In this document: positions 53,103 through 64,000 of the stretch, one piece after another
How positions within the stretch are numbered: position 1 is the stretch's first letter
Layout of the letters: each line of letters opens with the position of its first letter
Assembly: GCA_012295275.1 (NCBI GenBank)
Contig: CM022667.1
Location: 186,001 to 250,000, forward strand
Reading direction: 5' to 3'
Length of the DNA stretch: 64,000 nt
From: Chrysomallon squamiferum
Lineage: Eukaryota; Animalia; Mollusca
Program-made: the position numbers and the translations under genes
The notes under the pieces: model-generated
What the model saw: the letters and a program-made list of their open reading frames with translations, nothing else
The model's database searches: none
What the model was told of the DNA's origin: nothing

Positions 53103-56100
53103 CGCAGATTTACACACTTTATAAACTATGCAGCTTACACACTTACCAGCAAACTGTTTATAAATACAGAGTGTAGGCTACAATGTTTTTTACTTTGCTG
53201 AAGTACAGACATATCAACTCAAATTGTTCAGTTTTGAGCTAGAAAGCCAAGAAGAGGTAAAAAAAAATTAAAATTTTTTTTAAAAAAATCATTTTAAAAT
53301 GTTTATTACTGGTTTATCCTGACAAGGAGTTTTTCTCTTTTTTTCTTCTCTTTTTGGGTGTTTCCAGTAAGAGTAGTTATAAAACCAGTATGACATATTT
53401 TGTTAATTTTAAATAAGCTACAAATGAACAGGTAACTAAATTAGTATGTATATAATGTGTGTGTGTGTGTATGTGTGTGTAACGAAAGAATACTAACAAA
53501 GTATGTAAAAAATTCATGAACAGCAATGCTAACAAATCATTTTTATTTATTATAAATACCAAAAATTATTTAAAAAGCAATGCATTATTATTTTTTATTT
53601 AATTATTTTTATTTCATTTCATTTTTTTTTTTGAGTTCTTTATTATTTATTTATTTATTAATTTTGTTTGTGGATGTATATATATGTGTGTGTGTGTGCG
53701 TGTGATTGCGTGTGTGCATGTGTGTGTGCATTTGTGTGTGTGTAAAAACACTGCCTACATGTTAACATGACACTGGTTACATCCTTTTTTCTCTTACTGC
53801 TTGCTATGTGATCATCTGTCTGTGGAAAAAATTGTTATTTGAACAGCAGAAGGTTTCCTTTTACTTATTACCATCACAAAAGCATCTGCACATAACAAAT
53901 ACAGTATCAAAATCTGTGCTGAATGCTTTTAAATGCTTCTGTATTCATCAGTAAGTTTTTTTAGCTACTTTTTTTATTTTGTGAAACCCTAATGAATTAA
54001 AAACCACAGGATCTACGTATTTCACCAAAAAATGACAATTATTTTTCTTGACTAGCGATGCACATGTAATTTATTTTCAAACATGGCACAACACAAGACA
54101 TAAAAGGAACACAGTAGGAGAACCTTAACCCACAGGCTAGGCGTCTGAAGTGTGAATACTTTTCGAAAACACTGAATAATAAATTATTTCTTCTCTTTTC
54201 TTCAAATGATGACAAAGTATACTAGAATTTTGCAGTTCTGGGAAGTACCTATAGGACTTGTTTCAAGATATTAACAGGGTAAAATTATGACATGTTATAT
54301 CATAAATGCCCTGAGCATCTGAAGGCTTCACACATCTTTGAATGGTACATGTCTAGTGAATAATCTTTTATCTGGGATGGTGTTTTTGGTCAGGACTGAG
54401 GTATCATATGTCACAAGATCTATTCTTAACAGCAGGCTCATTCAGGCATTTTCCCAGCCCAGACAAAAGTGTGTTTTATCAATGGGGGGAATGGTATACT
54501 TTCCTGTCTGTATGGAGATATAATAGGGATTGCATGCAAAACAAACATCCTTTTTTGCCATCTAAAAAGAAAATATCCCATAGCATGGTGAAAAATGGAT
54601 CCCTGTTTCTTATTCTGTATTTTTCTTAAAAAGGTGTAACTAACCATTGATGTCAAAAAAAAAATAAAAAAAAAAAAAAAAAGAAAGAAAGAAAAAAGTT
54701 TGTGAGGCTGTCATAAATAAAAGATTTTATCTCACATTTACATTATGAACAAAAACAGAATAATGGGTCCTTGCTGTTTATGAACATATATTTTAGAAGA
54801 GAAAAGAAAGAGATGATTTTTTTTTTAGGATTATTTTCTTAAGGACTGGTGGATGATAAACTTTTGAAAGAATCACAAAGTTATTATCATATATTTTAGA
54901 AAAGAGAAGTAGAATAATTTAGTGGGAACCATCAAATTATTATTAAAAACTTTTGTTATAAATTATTAGTAAAAAAAAAGAAATAAAATGTTAACTGTGA
55001 CCTTTTGACCACAAATACAACCAACAAGCTTTTTTTTTTTAATGAAATTACCTCAAGCATTTTTCTAACCAATAAAAAAATATTTAAAGATTACAGATAT
55101 TATTTTAACCAGAAAATATTTATTTTTTTCCTTTTAATCTTATGCACCCATTTGTTTTGCTTTTTCATTTTAAAAAGATTTAAATGATAACAAAAGCACT
55201 ACTGTTAAAGAATGTATTCAACATTTTTTTTTTACTGACCCTGTAACATATTTCCTAAGAAATATCAGAAACAAAATAAATTTTTACAAGGTTTAATATC
55301 AGTTGAGACTACAACTTAGTAACTTCATTTTTGTAAATATATTTTGTTTTATTATCTATCTAATAGAAATTGCTATTTTGACTCAATTTTGGATATCAAA
55401 TCTGAAAATTTAATGTATCATATTTAGGCCATGTTTTGTGGAGAAAATAAAATATAAATAAAATAAAATAAATAAAAAAATAACGTGAAACCAGAAACCA
55501 AAACAGCTAGTCAGTCCTAAATATCTATGAAATGATGTCATATTATCTATGAAATGATGTCATAATTACTGAAACAGTATAAGCAGTTGATGACTAACTT
55601 TCATAAACATATAGAGAATACTATATTTAAACATATTTTTTGGTTCGTTTTTATTTTTGTTCTTTTTAAATCCCTAAAATGATTCAGAATATATAATTAT
55701 TTGAGAATGAAATTTTATATGGAATGTCACAAACACCTTTCAGAACAATTCAAACAGACATATCCAAAATATTCTTAACAACTGAAAGACTACAAATATT
55801 CAATAAATAAATATAAAATGCAATAAATACTTTAACATGAACAAGTTCTTAAAAAGTGACCTAACAACAAAGATGTATGCATGTATGCATTTTTAGTGTC
55901 ATTACAAATACAGTCAGACCATGTTAATTTTAGTGTGAATAAAAAAATCTCTGAGTAAGCAAACATGTTCTTCACATTTTGCTAAATATGTTAAAAAATA
56001 AAAATAAAATATAGTTAAAACCTTATTAAAAACATAATCCCTAAATCTATAAAACCCTAGACAGTAGGATTTCGTTGGACTCGGGTTTTGCTCTAGCTGA

Positions 56101-56297
56101 GATTTTGCTTATATTTTCATTTTCAGATACTAGATTTTAAAAGGGGTTAAATCAGTGAGTGAATGAATTTCACTGCATTTGAATTTCACTTAACATTTGC
56201 CAGAAATAACACTGAACTTTCAAAGAGACACTGAAAGGGTAAAAACAGAGTGAAGGAGAAATAATAATAATAACAATAACACAAAACATGAAACAAA

Positions 56298-56341
<44 letters not shown>

Positions 56342-56394
56342 AAAAGAACTGGGTAAGATACATTGTTATAAAATAAACTAAAAAGAAGAAATAC

Positions 56395-56437
<43 letters not shown>

Positions 56438-56491
56438 AGCAACTTAACTGGCGTTAGCAATAATAATTAATAATAATAATAATAATTTAAA

Positions 56492-56529
<38 letters not shown>

Positions 56530-59112
56530 ATAATAATAACAAAGGTTTGGAGAAGAACTTCAACCAAAGAAGAAGTCAAAGATAGTAACCGATTTGACAG
56601 ACGTGAATTCGTGTCGAGTGGCGACATTCAGGGGCTCATCCTAAAAAAACAAAAACACTAAATCAGAATTTCCGTCTACAGAGCATGGACAATGTGATTG
56701 TCATGTGAGGTGAGGTGGATGATGCTCGAAACAATGGACAATACATTATGAGTGCGTGCGACATACCAAGTTTTGTCTGGAGTGTATGTTATTTCAATTT
56801 GGAAAGATGAAAGCGAAGAAAATAATGGAATTTCTTGTTGCGTTTTACATAATGGTGAGTAAATGTTCAATCACTTAAACTCTCTGGCCACATTTTATAT
56901 AAATTATTTTTTTATTTCTTGTTTGCTGTTAACAATATATATCTTTAACATGTTATTTTTCATATCCTGAAATTATTATTTTTAATTTATCCTAAGTTTG
57001 TCTGTCTGTTGTTCACAAGAAAAGAAAACATCAAATAACTTTTGTTTGGCTTCTAAATACCAGGCATGGATTTCAATAAGACTGAATGAAAAAATGAAAT
57101 AACCAATTTTAATATAGCTTTTATTTTGATTTCTATAAATAAAGGGATTAGTTTAAATTTATGAAATAGAGAAATTAAAATAAAATAAACACAAAATACA
57201 GATGATTAGTGGCAGTCACTTCAGTTAAGATTCTTTTACAAGATTAATTTCCTTCTTCCTTAAATTTGAATGAGCTGGTTTGAAATGAAAAAAAAAATAA
57301 AAAAAAGTATTATTTGACCTGCAACTGATATATGTCACATTATACATTTTAAATTTTTTTTTTTTTATTATCTTTTCTTTATATACTTTTTTTTTTTTTT
57401 TAAACTTTCTTCTTCTTCTTCAAGTGTGTATGTGTGTGTATGTGTCTCTGTGTGGATGAGAAAATATCTTGGTATTCTATATTTGTATATATGTTTTAAA
57501 TTCTTTTTTTTATATGAGGAAAAGAAGTATCAAGCCTATTCCAGAATTCACCAATTTTTCCCATTAAAGAGTTCTGCATGAACGGCACTGGCATAATTAA
57601 GACTAGAAACTAACTAACATACCAAATAGACCACTGCTTGCCTGGCTGGTACGTTCCATTGGGAATTCATTGAACAGTTCAATAGTCATTGTTTAAATTG
57701 TTAAATTAAACCATTAAACAATTAAACAAATATTGCTGAATAATCAAACAGACAAAAAGAGTGAGGCACAAGAAACAGAATTTGACAAAAATGACAAAAA
57801 TAAATTCAAGACTGCTATCTTTACAAATGTATGTTGATTTTTGTGGTCAAAAGGTCAACAGTAACGGAATTATTAAAATTATTTATTAACAGATTTGTAA
57901 GTTTATACATATATAAAATTGACTACTTTAGTCATCTTGAAATGCTACAGAATCGAAGAAAAATATTTAGAATTAAACAATCTAATAACAATTCTATCTG
58001 GTTCTTATACAGTTAGATACAATTTACCTCCAACCATATTTTGCCACTCAAAGGTAATGATGTCTATTTTTGAGTTTATGGGAAGGTTCATGTTCAAGTT
58101 TCCTTACTGCTAACTGGTAAGAGTAGCTCAGTGAAAGCTGGAATCATGTTTCTTCTCTTTTATCATTATTAAATTAAGAAAAAAAAATTATATTTTGACA
58201 CATAATTATGATAATAACAATTACTATAAAAAGGTTTTGTTAAATTAAATTTAGAGTCAGTGCTGTTTTTAATGTAACAAAAAAAATTAAATGAAACTTT
58301 GTAAATTTGCTTTCTCCTTCACCCATCAACTGCTTGTGAGAGGGCATAAAAGTGGCTGTATGTATGAAACTGAGAAATAACTAAGACAGAATGTGCTTCT
58401 GACCCTGTATGTTAAATGCTTTGGTTTTCCAGTTTTCTTGAATAACCCAGAGTATGTCATGTACTCATCACATATCCCCTAAATGAAGTGGGGTAAGAGT
58501 TCAAATAGTTATCACAAGTCTATTATCTCCCCTATCCAGGTATATTACAAATAAGAAAAATACTCTAAGCTCTAATGTCCAGTTACATTTGAAAAATACA
58601 AAAAAAATACATTTTTAAAATTACTCTTCACAATGTGTAGACAAAAACAGTTATCAAATATTAAAACAAAACCAAAAGGATTTGCTAACATTTTCTTTTT
58701 GGTTTCCACAATTTCCATAAAAGCATTATACTTACAGTCTTTCAGAAAGCCATCTAAATAAAGTTTTTCATACAATATAAATGAACAAACTGTTTTTAAA
58801 TAAACTGAAACCTAGATTACAAGAAGTAAAATAAAGGAAGCAAAAAAAAAAAAATTAAAATTAAAAAGCAATCCTCACAAAATAAGCAGCTGATAACTGG
58901 AATAAAATAGTCTGAATTTTATAAAATTTGGTTCTAACAGGTAAAAAAAAAAGAAAAAAAAAAAGAAATTTATATATCTATCTGATAGAAAGTACAGACA
59001 ACAATTTAACATTTTCTTTTCACTTCATTGACCATTTCAGTGAGACACTGATACAAGCCAATATTTGTCCTGACTTTATAAACCAATTTTCTGAATGCAT
59101 CTGTAACAAAGG

Positions 59113-59143
<31 letters not shown>

Positions 59144-59293
59144 AAATAAATAAGGCCATATACTGATCTAGAAAATAAACGGGTGACAATGTCTAGACTA
59201 GATTAACCAAAATAGTGTGAAGTCTGAAAACCTCAGTGCATCAAGTAAAAATAAATAAATAATAAAAAATTATAAAATAATAAAATAAATAAA

Positions 59294-59372
<79 letters not shown>

Positions 59373-62300
59373 AATAAAACATTTTTTTTTACCAGGACAT
59401 GAGATCAAAGTACCAGATGATGGGCTCAATGATGTTAAAAAAAAAAAAAAAAAAAGATACACAACAACTCACATTAAAAAACGTAATGACTGGATTAAAC
59501 AGCAAAAATTTAAAACGAAATGTTTCAAAGTCCTTGATCTGTCTTCAGTGTCAACAAAATCATATATTAATAAACAAACACAGGCAGGAATTTCAACATT
59601 AACTTAACATACACAAAGGCATGAACACCAACACCTTCCATGCTAAACTGTTTTGCATATAAACATTGTCTGGAATTAATTCCACTGCCAAAGAATATGG
59701 CTACCAATGCTAAATATAACAAAATATAATTTCCAGATGACAGTTATAAAGGGTAATGTTTACAGAACTTAGTACAACTGAATAAACTGGTCTTTCTCAA
59801 AAATATAAAATGCAGGTGTTTGCAGTATAGTTAAGATCCTTCACACACTACCCTAGTATGTCAAGTTAAAACTGACATACAAACCACAATGGAATGAAAT
59901 AAACAATAACAAATTACCTATTTTAGAAAAAGAAAAAAAAAAATCTATTTTAAAAACAATACATTGAACTTTATTATAGACATCATCAAGATTCATTCTA
60001 ATATTAAACATTTAAATATTAACATCTATCAAGTTCTAAGTATACCGATTATTTAATAAAAAAATAAATCCATTTTAAAATGTTTTCTGTATTTATTTAA
60101 AAAGTCAGTACTAGTTTAACATTTTATTTTTTTTACTTAAATTCTGAGTGAATGTTTTTAGAATAAAATGGTGTTTAATTTGTTTTTGTAGGTTTTTTTA
60201 ATTGAATTTAATTTAATTAAAATAATTTTGCAATGTCAGACTAATAATGTCAAAGTTAGACACAAAACATGTAAGATCTGTCTTTGTTTTTTTTATGATC
60301 TGTTGTACATAATCAAGAATCCAGAAAACACATTTAAGTATGAACAAATACAATATATAATAATAATTAATATATTCATAACAACAACAATTAAACACTT
60401 TTAAATAAATTCTAATAAAAACTTCATTACAAGGGTGAAAAGGTGCACAGGTTAATTAAACATTTTTTTTTTTTTTTTTAATAAAAACTAAGGTTTTCTT
60501 TGTTGTAATTGCAGAAGTGCAAGTAGCTAATGATAAAAATATAAACAAATAATTTTTTTTTTTTAAAACTGGATAATTTTTAAATATAAATCTATAAATT
60601 ATTGTTTTTATTTACATACCCTTCCAATCTCCTGCAGGATTCGCTGCACGTGACCAGTGACAGTGATGATGTCGTCGGCAGCCTGATTGCGGTAGACGTT
60701 CTGTAGTCGTATGTATCGTTCAGAGTCTGAGGTCATGTCGGGGATTGTACCTCGTACTGGCAGCTGACCTGAAGCAATTTATTAAATGATTTTAGTAAAC
60801 ACAGTTGTACCAGTTTGTCATCTGAACCTGTAACAGTATTTACCAGTCTTTTAAACTGTAGCAAACAGAGATCAGAGTACTGTTTAACTAAACAGGCTGA
60901 AAAGAATTTTACACAAAGATCAAAGCACGAGTTATGCTGACACTGAAGAAATTTTGGCAACATTTGTGTTTTTCTGAGAATGTTGACTGCCAGAAATCTA
61001 GAAACTATCATACTTAATCAAATATTATTCTTAGTAAATCTTTCATTACAAATGTCTATAATGCATATAAGAAGAAGATATAAATAAATACCCACCAATC
61101 ATATGGTCTAAATAAAATTATTCTATAATAAAATATTAACATGTTATCTCTTCACTGTGTAATACCTATATGAATTATCTTTCTAATGTCTTGTCTGTTG
61201 TATGTAATCTGTATTATTACTCAATTCTGGCAGAAAAAAAAAACATCAAGAAAGTTCAGATGATAATTAAAAAAAGAAAAAAAAAAAACAATCAATTAAT
61301 TTCCCATTTTCTTTCATTTTTATTAAGTAGATTTTATTGATACCACATACCTCTACCTTCATTTTCAACAAAATCTTTGATTGCTCGAACTAAAATCCAA
61401 AACGATTTACTCTGTGAAAAAAAAAAATTAAATTAAAATTTAACACCACTAAACAACATTGATTAAATTTTCAGTCTTCACATGCTGGACATTAAAAATG
61501 TGTTATTACCAATATATCATTTTGAGAAGAAAATTGTATATGCCTCTTCCCACACATGGAATTGAAAAACAACCTGATTAAAATAAATAAATTCACTATA
61601 TGTGAAATGTATGTATTAAAACTTTTTATTTTTTTCTGCATATTTATTTTTCTTTGTAATTATTAGCAAGATTTCATGGTCTATGATAATCTGGACAAAC
61701 TTACCTCTGGATGTAAATTACAACAGTTGTCATCGTCAAACAACACTTTCACTTCTGGTGGAATCTATAAAATAAATAATTTGAACAATAATAAAATAAA
61801 TCATTTTAACAATAAATAAATAAATAAATAAAAAACAAACATATTTCTTTTTTAATTTTAATTATAATCCATTAGCTCTGCACTATGACATTAACAACAT
61901 ACCTGGATGTTCACATCATTTACATGAAATTTTATTTCTATCTATATGCTGGACTAGCTTCCTGTTACTGTCTATCTTCATATTTGGTTTATATTATTAT
62001 TTTTTTTTATTATCTGTATTTTTGTTGCTAAGAAATGGATGCTTATTTCACACACAAACTGAAGGAAAGGATCAAGATTTTTATAATCAGAATTTGTATA
62101 AAATATATAGAATGAAAGCTGAAACTTAAAATATACCTCTGGCTGTTCAGAAAAAATTATAAAACCATACATAATGAAAAGAAAAATGTATACAAAACAG
62201 TTTAATGTATATTGTATTTTTTTTAAAACATGAAATATGTGGAAACTAATTTTCTAAAATACATGTAATAATGACCACAGTAACAAAAAACGTAATGATT

Positions 62301-64000
62301 ACTACCAAATACTGCATCTTTGTTAACCCCAAATAGTATCTATAAACAACAAGGCAACAAAATAATCTTACGAAAGTTTGGCGATGAAAAAAAATGAAGA
62401 TAGAAAACTCACGACTGTTGGAACAAGAGCTGCATTTACATGTATGACAGCCTCTTCAAAGTTTTCTTCTTCTTCTGGGAATCCATCTTCATTTCTTAAA
62501 ATACCTGCACAAAACAATAACACAGTCTAATACATGTTCATATTTACCTTTTCAACCACCAAAAGTAAATCAAAAATTTTATATGATTGAAAAGATTAAA
62601 AGGATTATAATTAATTACAGCTCAGGATTTTTGTTTTCTTGAAGGATTTTTTTTTACTTTGAGTATTTAAAGCATACTATTTTGGTATTATGAAATATGT
62701 TAACTATGTTTTGTTTATATACAAGTCATTGCTCTATTTGTTTTATTTAACACCAGTTCTTGCTAATAATAAAGTATGATTATATAAATTAATAATAAGC
62801 TTCTGAGATATCTGACAGTTTCTCTAATATTGTAAAGAAAAATTAAAATAATAATAATAACAACAAATTTCAAAAAAAGCTTAGATGACAGGAAATCAGA
62901 ACAAAATCACTATATCCTCAGTCTGTCAGGAATGTTTTACAAAATAATGAACTTTTCTATTTAGAAAAGTGTCACATCAATCACTGAACGAAAATTTTAA
63001 GTTTACTATCTGAAATATATGATGCAAACAAATTACAGCAAAACTTCTCAAAACTAAAACAGGGTTGAGACCAACTAAAAAGTTTGGATTAGTGAGGTTT
63101 TACACTGAGACTTTTCGAAATGTACATGTGACAACCAAGTAAAATCTTCAGTTTGGAGAGGTGTTTTGTTTACATAGATTTTAGATAACTTTTATGATAA
63201 ATCAATCATAGACCACTGAGAAAGTTTGATATTCAAGGAATTCCAGTTTAATAAAGGATTGGTTTGGAGACATTATTTACATTATTTATAAACTTACCTT
63301 GTCTTATCATGTCTTTGAGTTCATTTTTCTCTTTGTATGTTCTAGGGAGATTACCATCATGCTAAATAAATAATGAAAAAAAAAGGTTATTTGTGAAAAA
63401 TGATGTTGATATATTATATACTTAAACGAATATGGTAAAGGAATAATTTTCAGAATACACTAACATTCATAAAATAAATAAATCTAAAAGTTATGAAATG
63501 ATCCTTTACGGAAATATATCAGTTAATATACATATGTGTGTGTAATTATTATTATGATTATTATTATTAATGCACAAATTTTAAGAAATAAAATTAAAAT
63601 ACACAAACCTCCTGTTTCCACCGATGTAGATACTTGTAAATAATAACAAGCCATGGTGTATGTGAGTGATCCTATAGAAAGAATATATAAATAACATATA
63701 ACAACAAAATTATTTTAAACTCTCTACTTTTAATGCATTTTCACTTTAAGTATTTTAGCCTGTTCCAGTCCAAGCTGAATTATTATTTTTGTTAATGATT
63801 AGAAGATTATTCAAACTTAGAAGATTTAATGTTAATCTTAGTAACTAACGCTGCTGTTAATAATGTAAATGTAAAATGCTATATAAAGAGTTGTATGTAA
63901 TTATTAATATTATATATTACTGGTTAATAATATAATTATATTCTCACCTTTTTGTTCATTGTGGAGAGGTTTAGAGAATCACAGTATTCTACCAGCCCTT
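47835..64000 (-). CDS. NAE1: NEDD8-activating enzyme E1 regulatory subunit (APP-BP1/Ula1), 3' portion, 12 exons; the 5' end lies beyond the right edge
   Basis: The spliced translation is continuous and matches NAE1: [79 protein letters not shown]. Confidence 0.98.
48698..48768 (-). CDS. NAE1: NAE1 exon ([23 protein letters not shown])
   Basis: 71 nt, AG/GTAAGT, phase 0/2. Confidence 0.95.
49494..49633 (-). CDS. NAE1: NAE1 exon ([23 protein letters not shown]...VAKLK)
   Basis: 140 nt, AG/GTAAGC, phase 1/0. Confidence 0.96.
50149..50235 (-). CDS. NAE1: NAE1 exon ([28 protein letters not shown])
   Basis: 87 nt, AG/GTGAGT, phase 1/1. Confidence 0.96.
50300..50465. repeat. Three diverged ~53-bp tandem units in a NAE1 intron
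   Basis: (a)tttcagataaattttaaattg.tttatcatatag...attattgc is repeated. Confidence 0.7.
51065..51104 (-). CDS. NAE1: NAE1 exon ([13 protein letters not shown])
   Basis: 40 nt, tctttgcag/GTAAGT, phase 0/1; bridges EIGR and CHNAAF. Confidence 0.9.
60620..60768 (-). CDS. NAE1: NAE1 exon ([25 protein letters not shown]...QEIGR)
   Basis: 149 nt, AG/GTATGT, phase 1/0. Confidence 0.97.
61351..61411 (-). CDS. NAE1: NAE1 exon ([20 protein letters not shown])
   Basis: 61 nt, AG/GTATGT, phase 0/1. Confidence 0.96.
61705..61764 (-). CDS. NAE1: NAE1 exon ([20 protein letters not shown])
   Basis: 60 nt, AG/GTAAGT, phase 0/0. Confidence 0.94.
62413..62504 (-). CDS. NAE1: NAE1 exon ([30 protein letters not shown])
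   Basis: 92 nt, AG/GTGAGT, phase 1/0. Confidence 0.96.
63036..63275. mobile_element. Degraded Tc1/mariner-type MITE remnant in a NAE1 intron
   Basis: TA|CAGCAAAACTTCTCAAAAC start with recurring GTTTGGAGA-type inverted motifs; the right TIR is poorly preserved. Confidence 0.35.
63298..63361 (-). CDS. NAE1: NAE1 exon ([21 protein letters not shown])
   Basis: 64 nt, AG/GTAAGT, phase 0/1. Confidence 0.96.
63609..63671 (-). CDS. NAE1: NAE1 exon ([21 protein letters not shown])
   Basis: 63 nt, AG/GTTTGT, phase 0/0. Confidence 0.96.
63948..64000 (-). CDS. NAE1: NAE1 exon truncated by the window edge ([17 protein letters not shown])
   Basis: GTGAGA donor, phase 0 into DHSH. Confidence 0.9.

Noticed and set aside
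54200-54330. C/D box snoRNA (ATGATGA ... CTGA)
   Set aside because: It is antisense to the host gene, the terminal stem is weak, and I cannot identify an rRNA guide.
52412-56243. piggyBac-like element bounded by TTAA-CCCTTTCTGTG and CACTGAAAGGG-TAAA
   Set aside because: Only ~11-bp imperfect TIRs, the right TTAA is broken and there is no transposase remnant; the pairing may be chance.
60733-60750. Suspected frameshift in the NAE1 exon at TIPDM
   Set aside because: On rechecking, the minus strand reads ATC CCC GAC ATG, which is in frame; the 149-nt exon length fits the phases.

Overview
AT-rich, microsatellite-dense eukaryotic genomic DNA with GT-AG introns. It is probably a mollusc, possibly a coleoid cephalopod; this is inferred from composition and protein style only. 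Two multi-exon genes lie on the minus strand. (1) The 5' part of a transglutaminase gene runs off the left edge. It has four shared exons (2378-2603, 1336-1593, 779-897, 69-176) and two phase-compatible candidate alternative first coding exons: 8061-8247, with a Cys-cluster N-terminus, and 13047-13263. Exon 2378-2603 carries a +1 frameshift. (2) The 3' part of NAE1/APP-BP1 comes in from the right edge as 12 exons with an intact frame (64000 to the stop at 47835) and includes one 9.5-kb intron. The roughly 34 kb between the genes holds no recognisable protein gene. It contains a 3.8-kb foldback-like inverted structure, two copies of a TIR DNA-transposon derivative, a pogo/Tigger-type MITE that resembles mammalian Tigger4/MER46 as I recall it, several minisatellites and candidate distal promoters or UTR exons. 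Most ORFs in the supplied track are microsatellite artefacts. I found no tRNA, rRNA or CRISPR.
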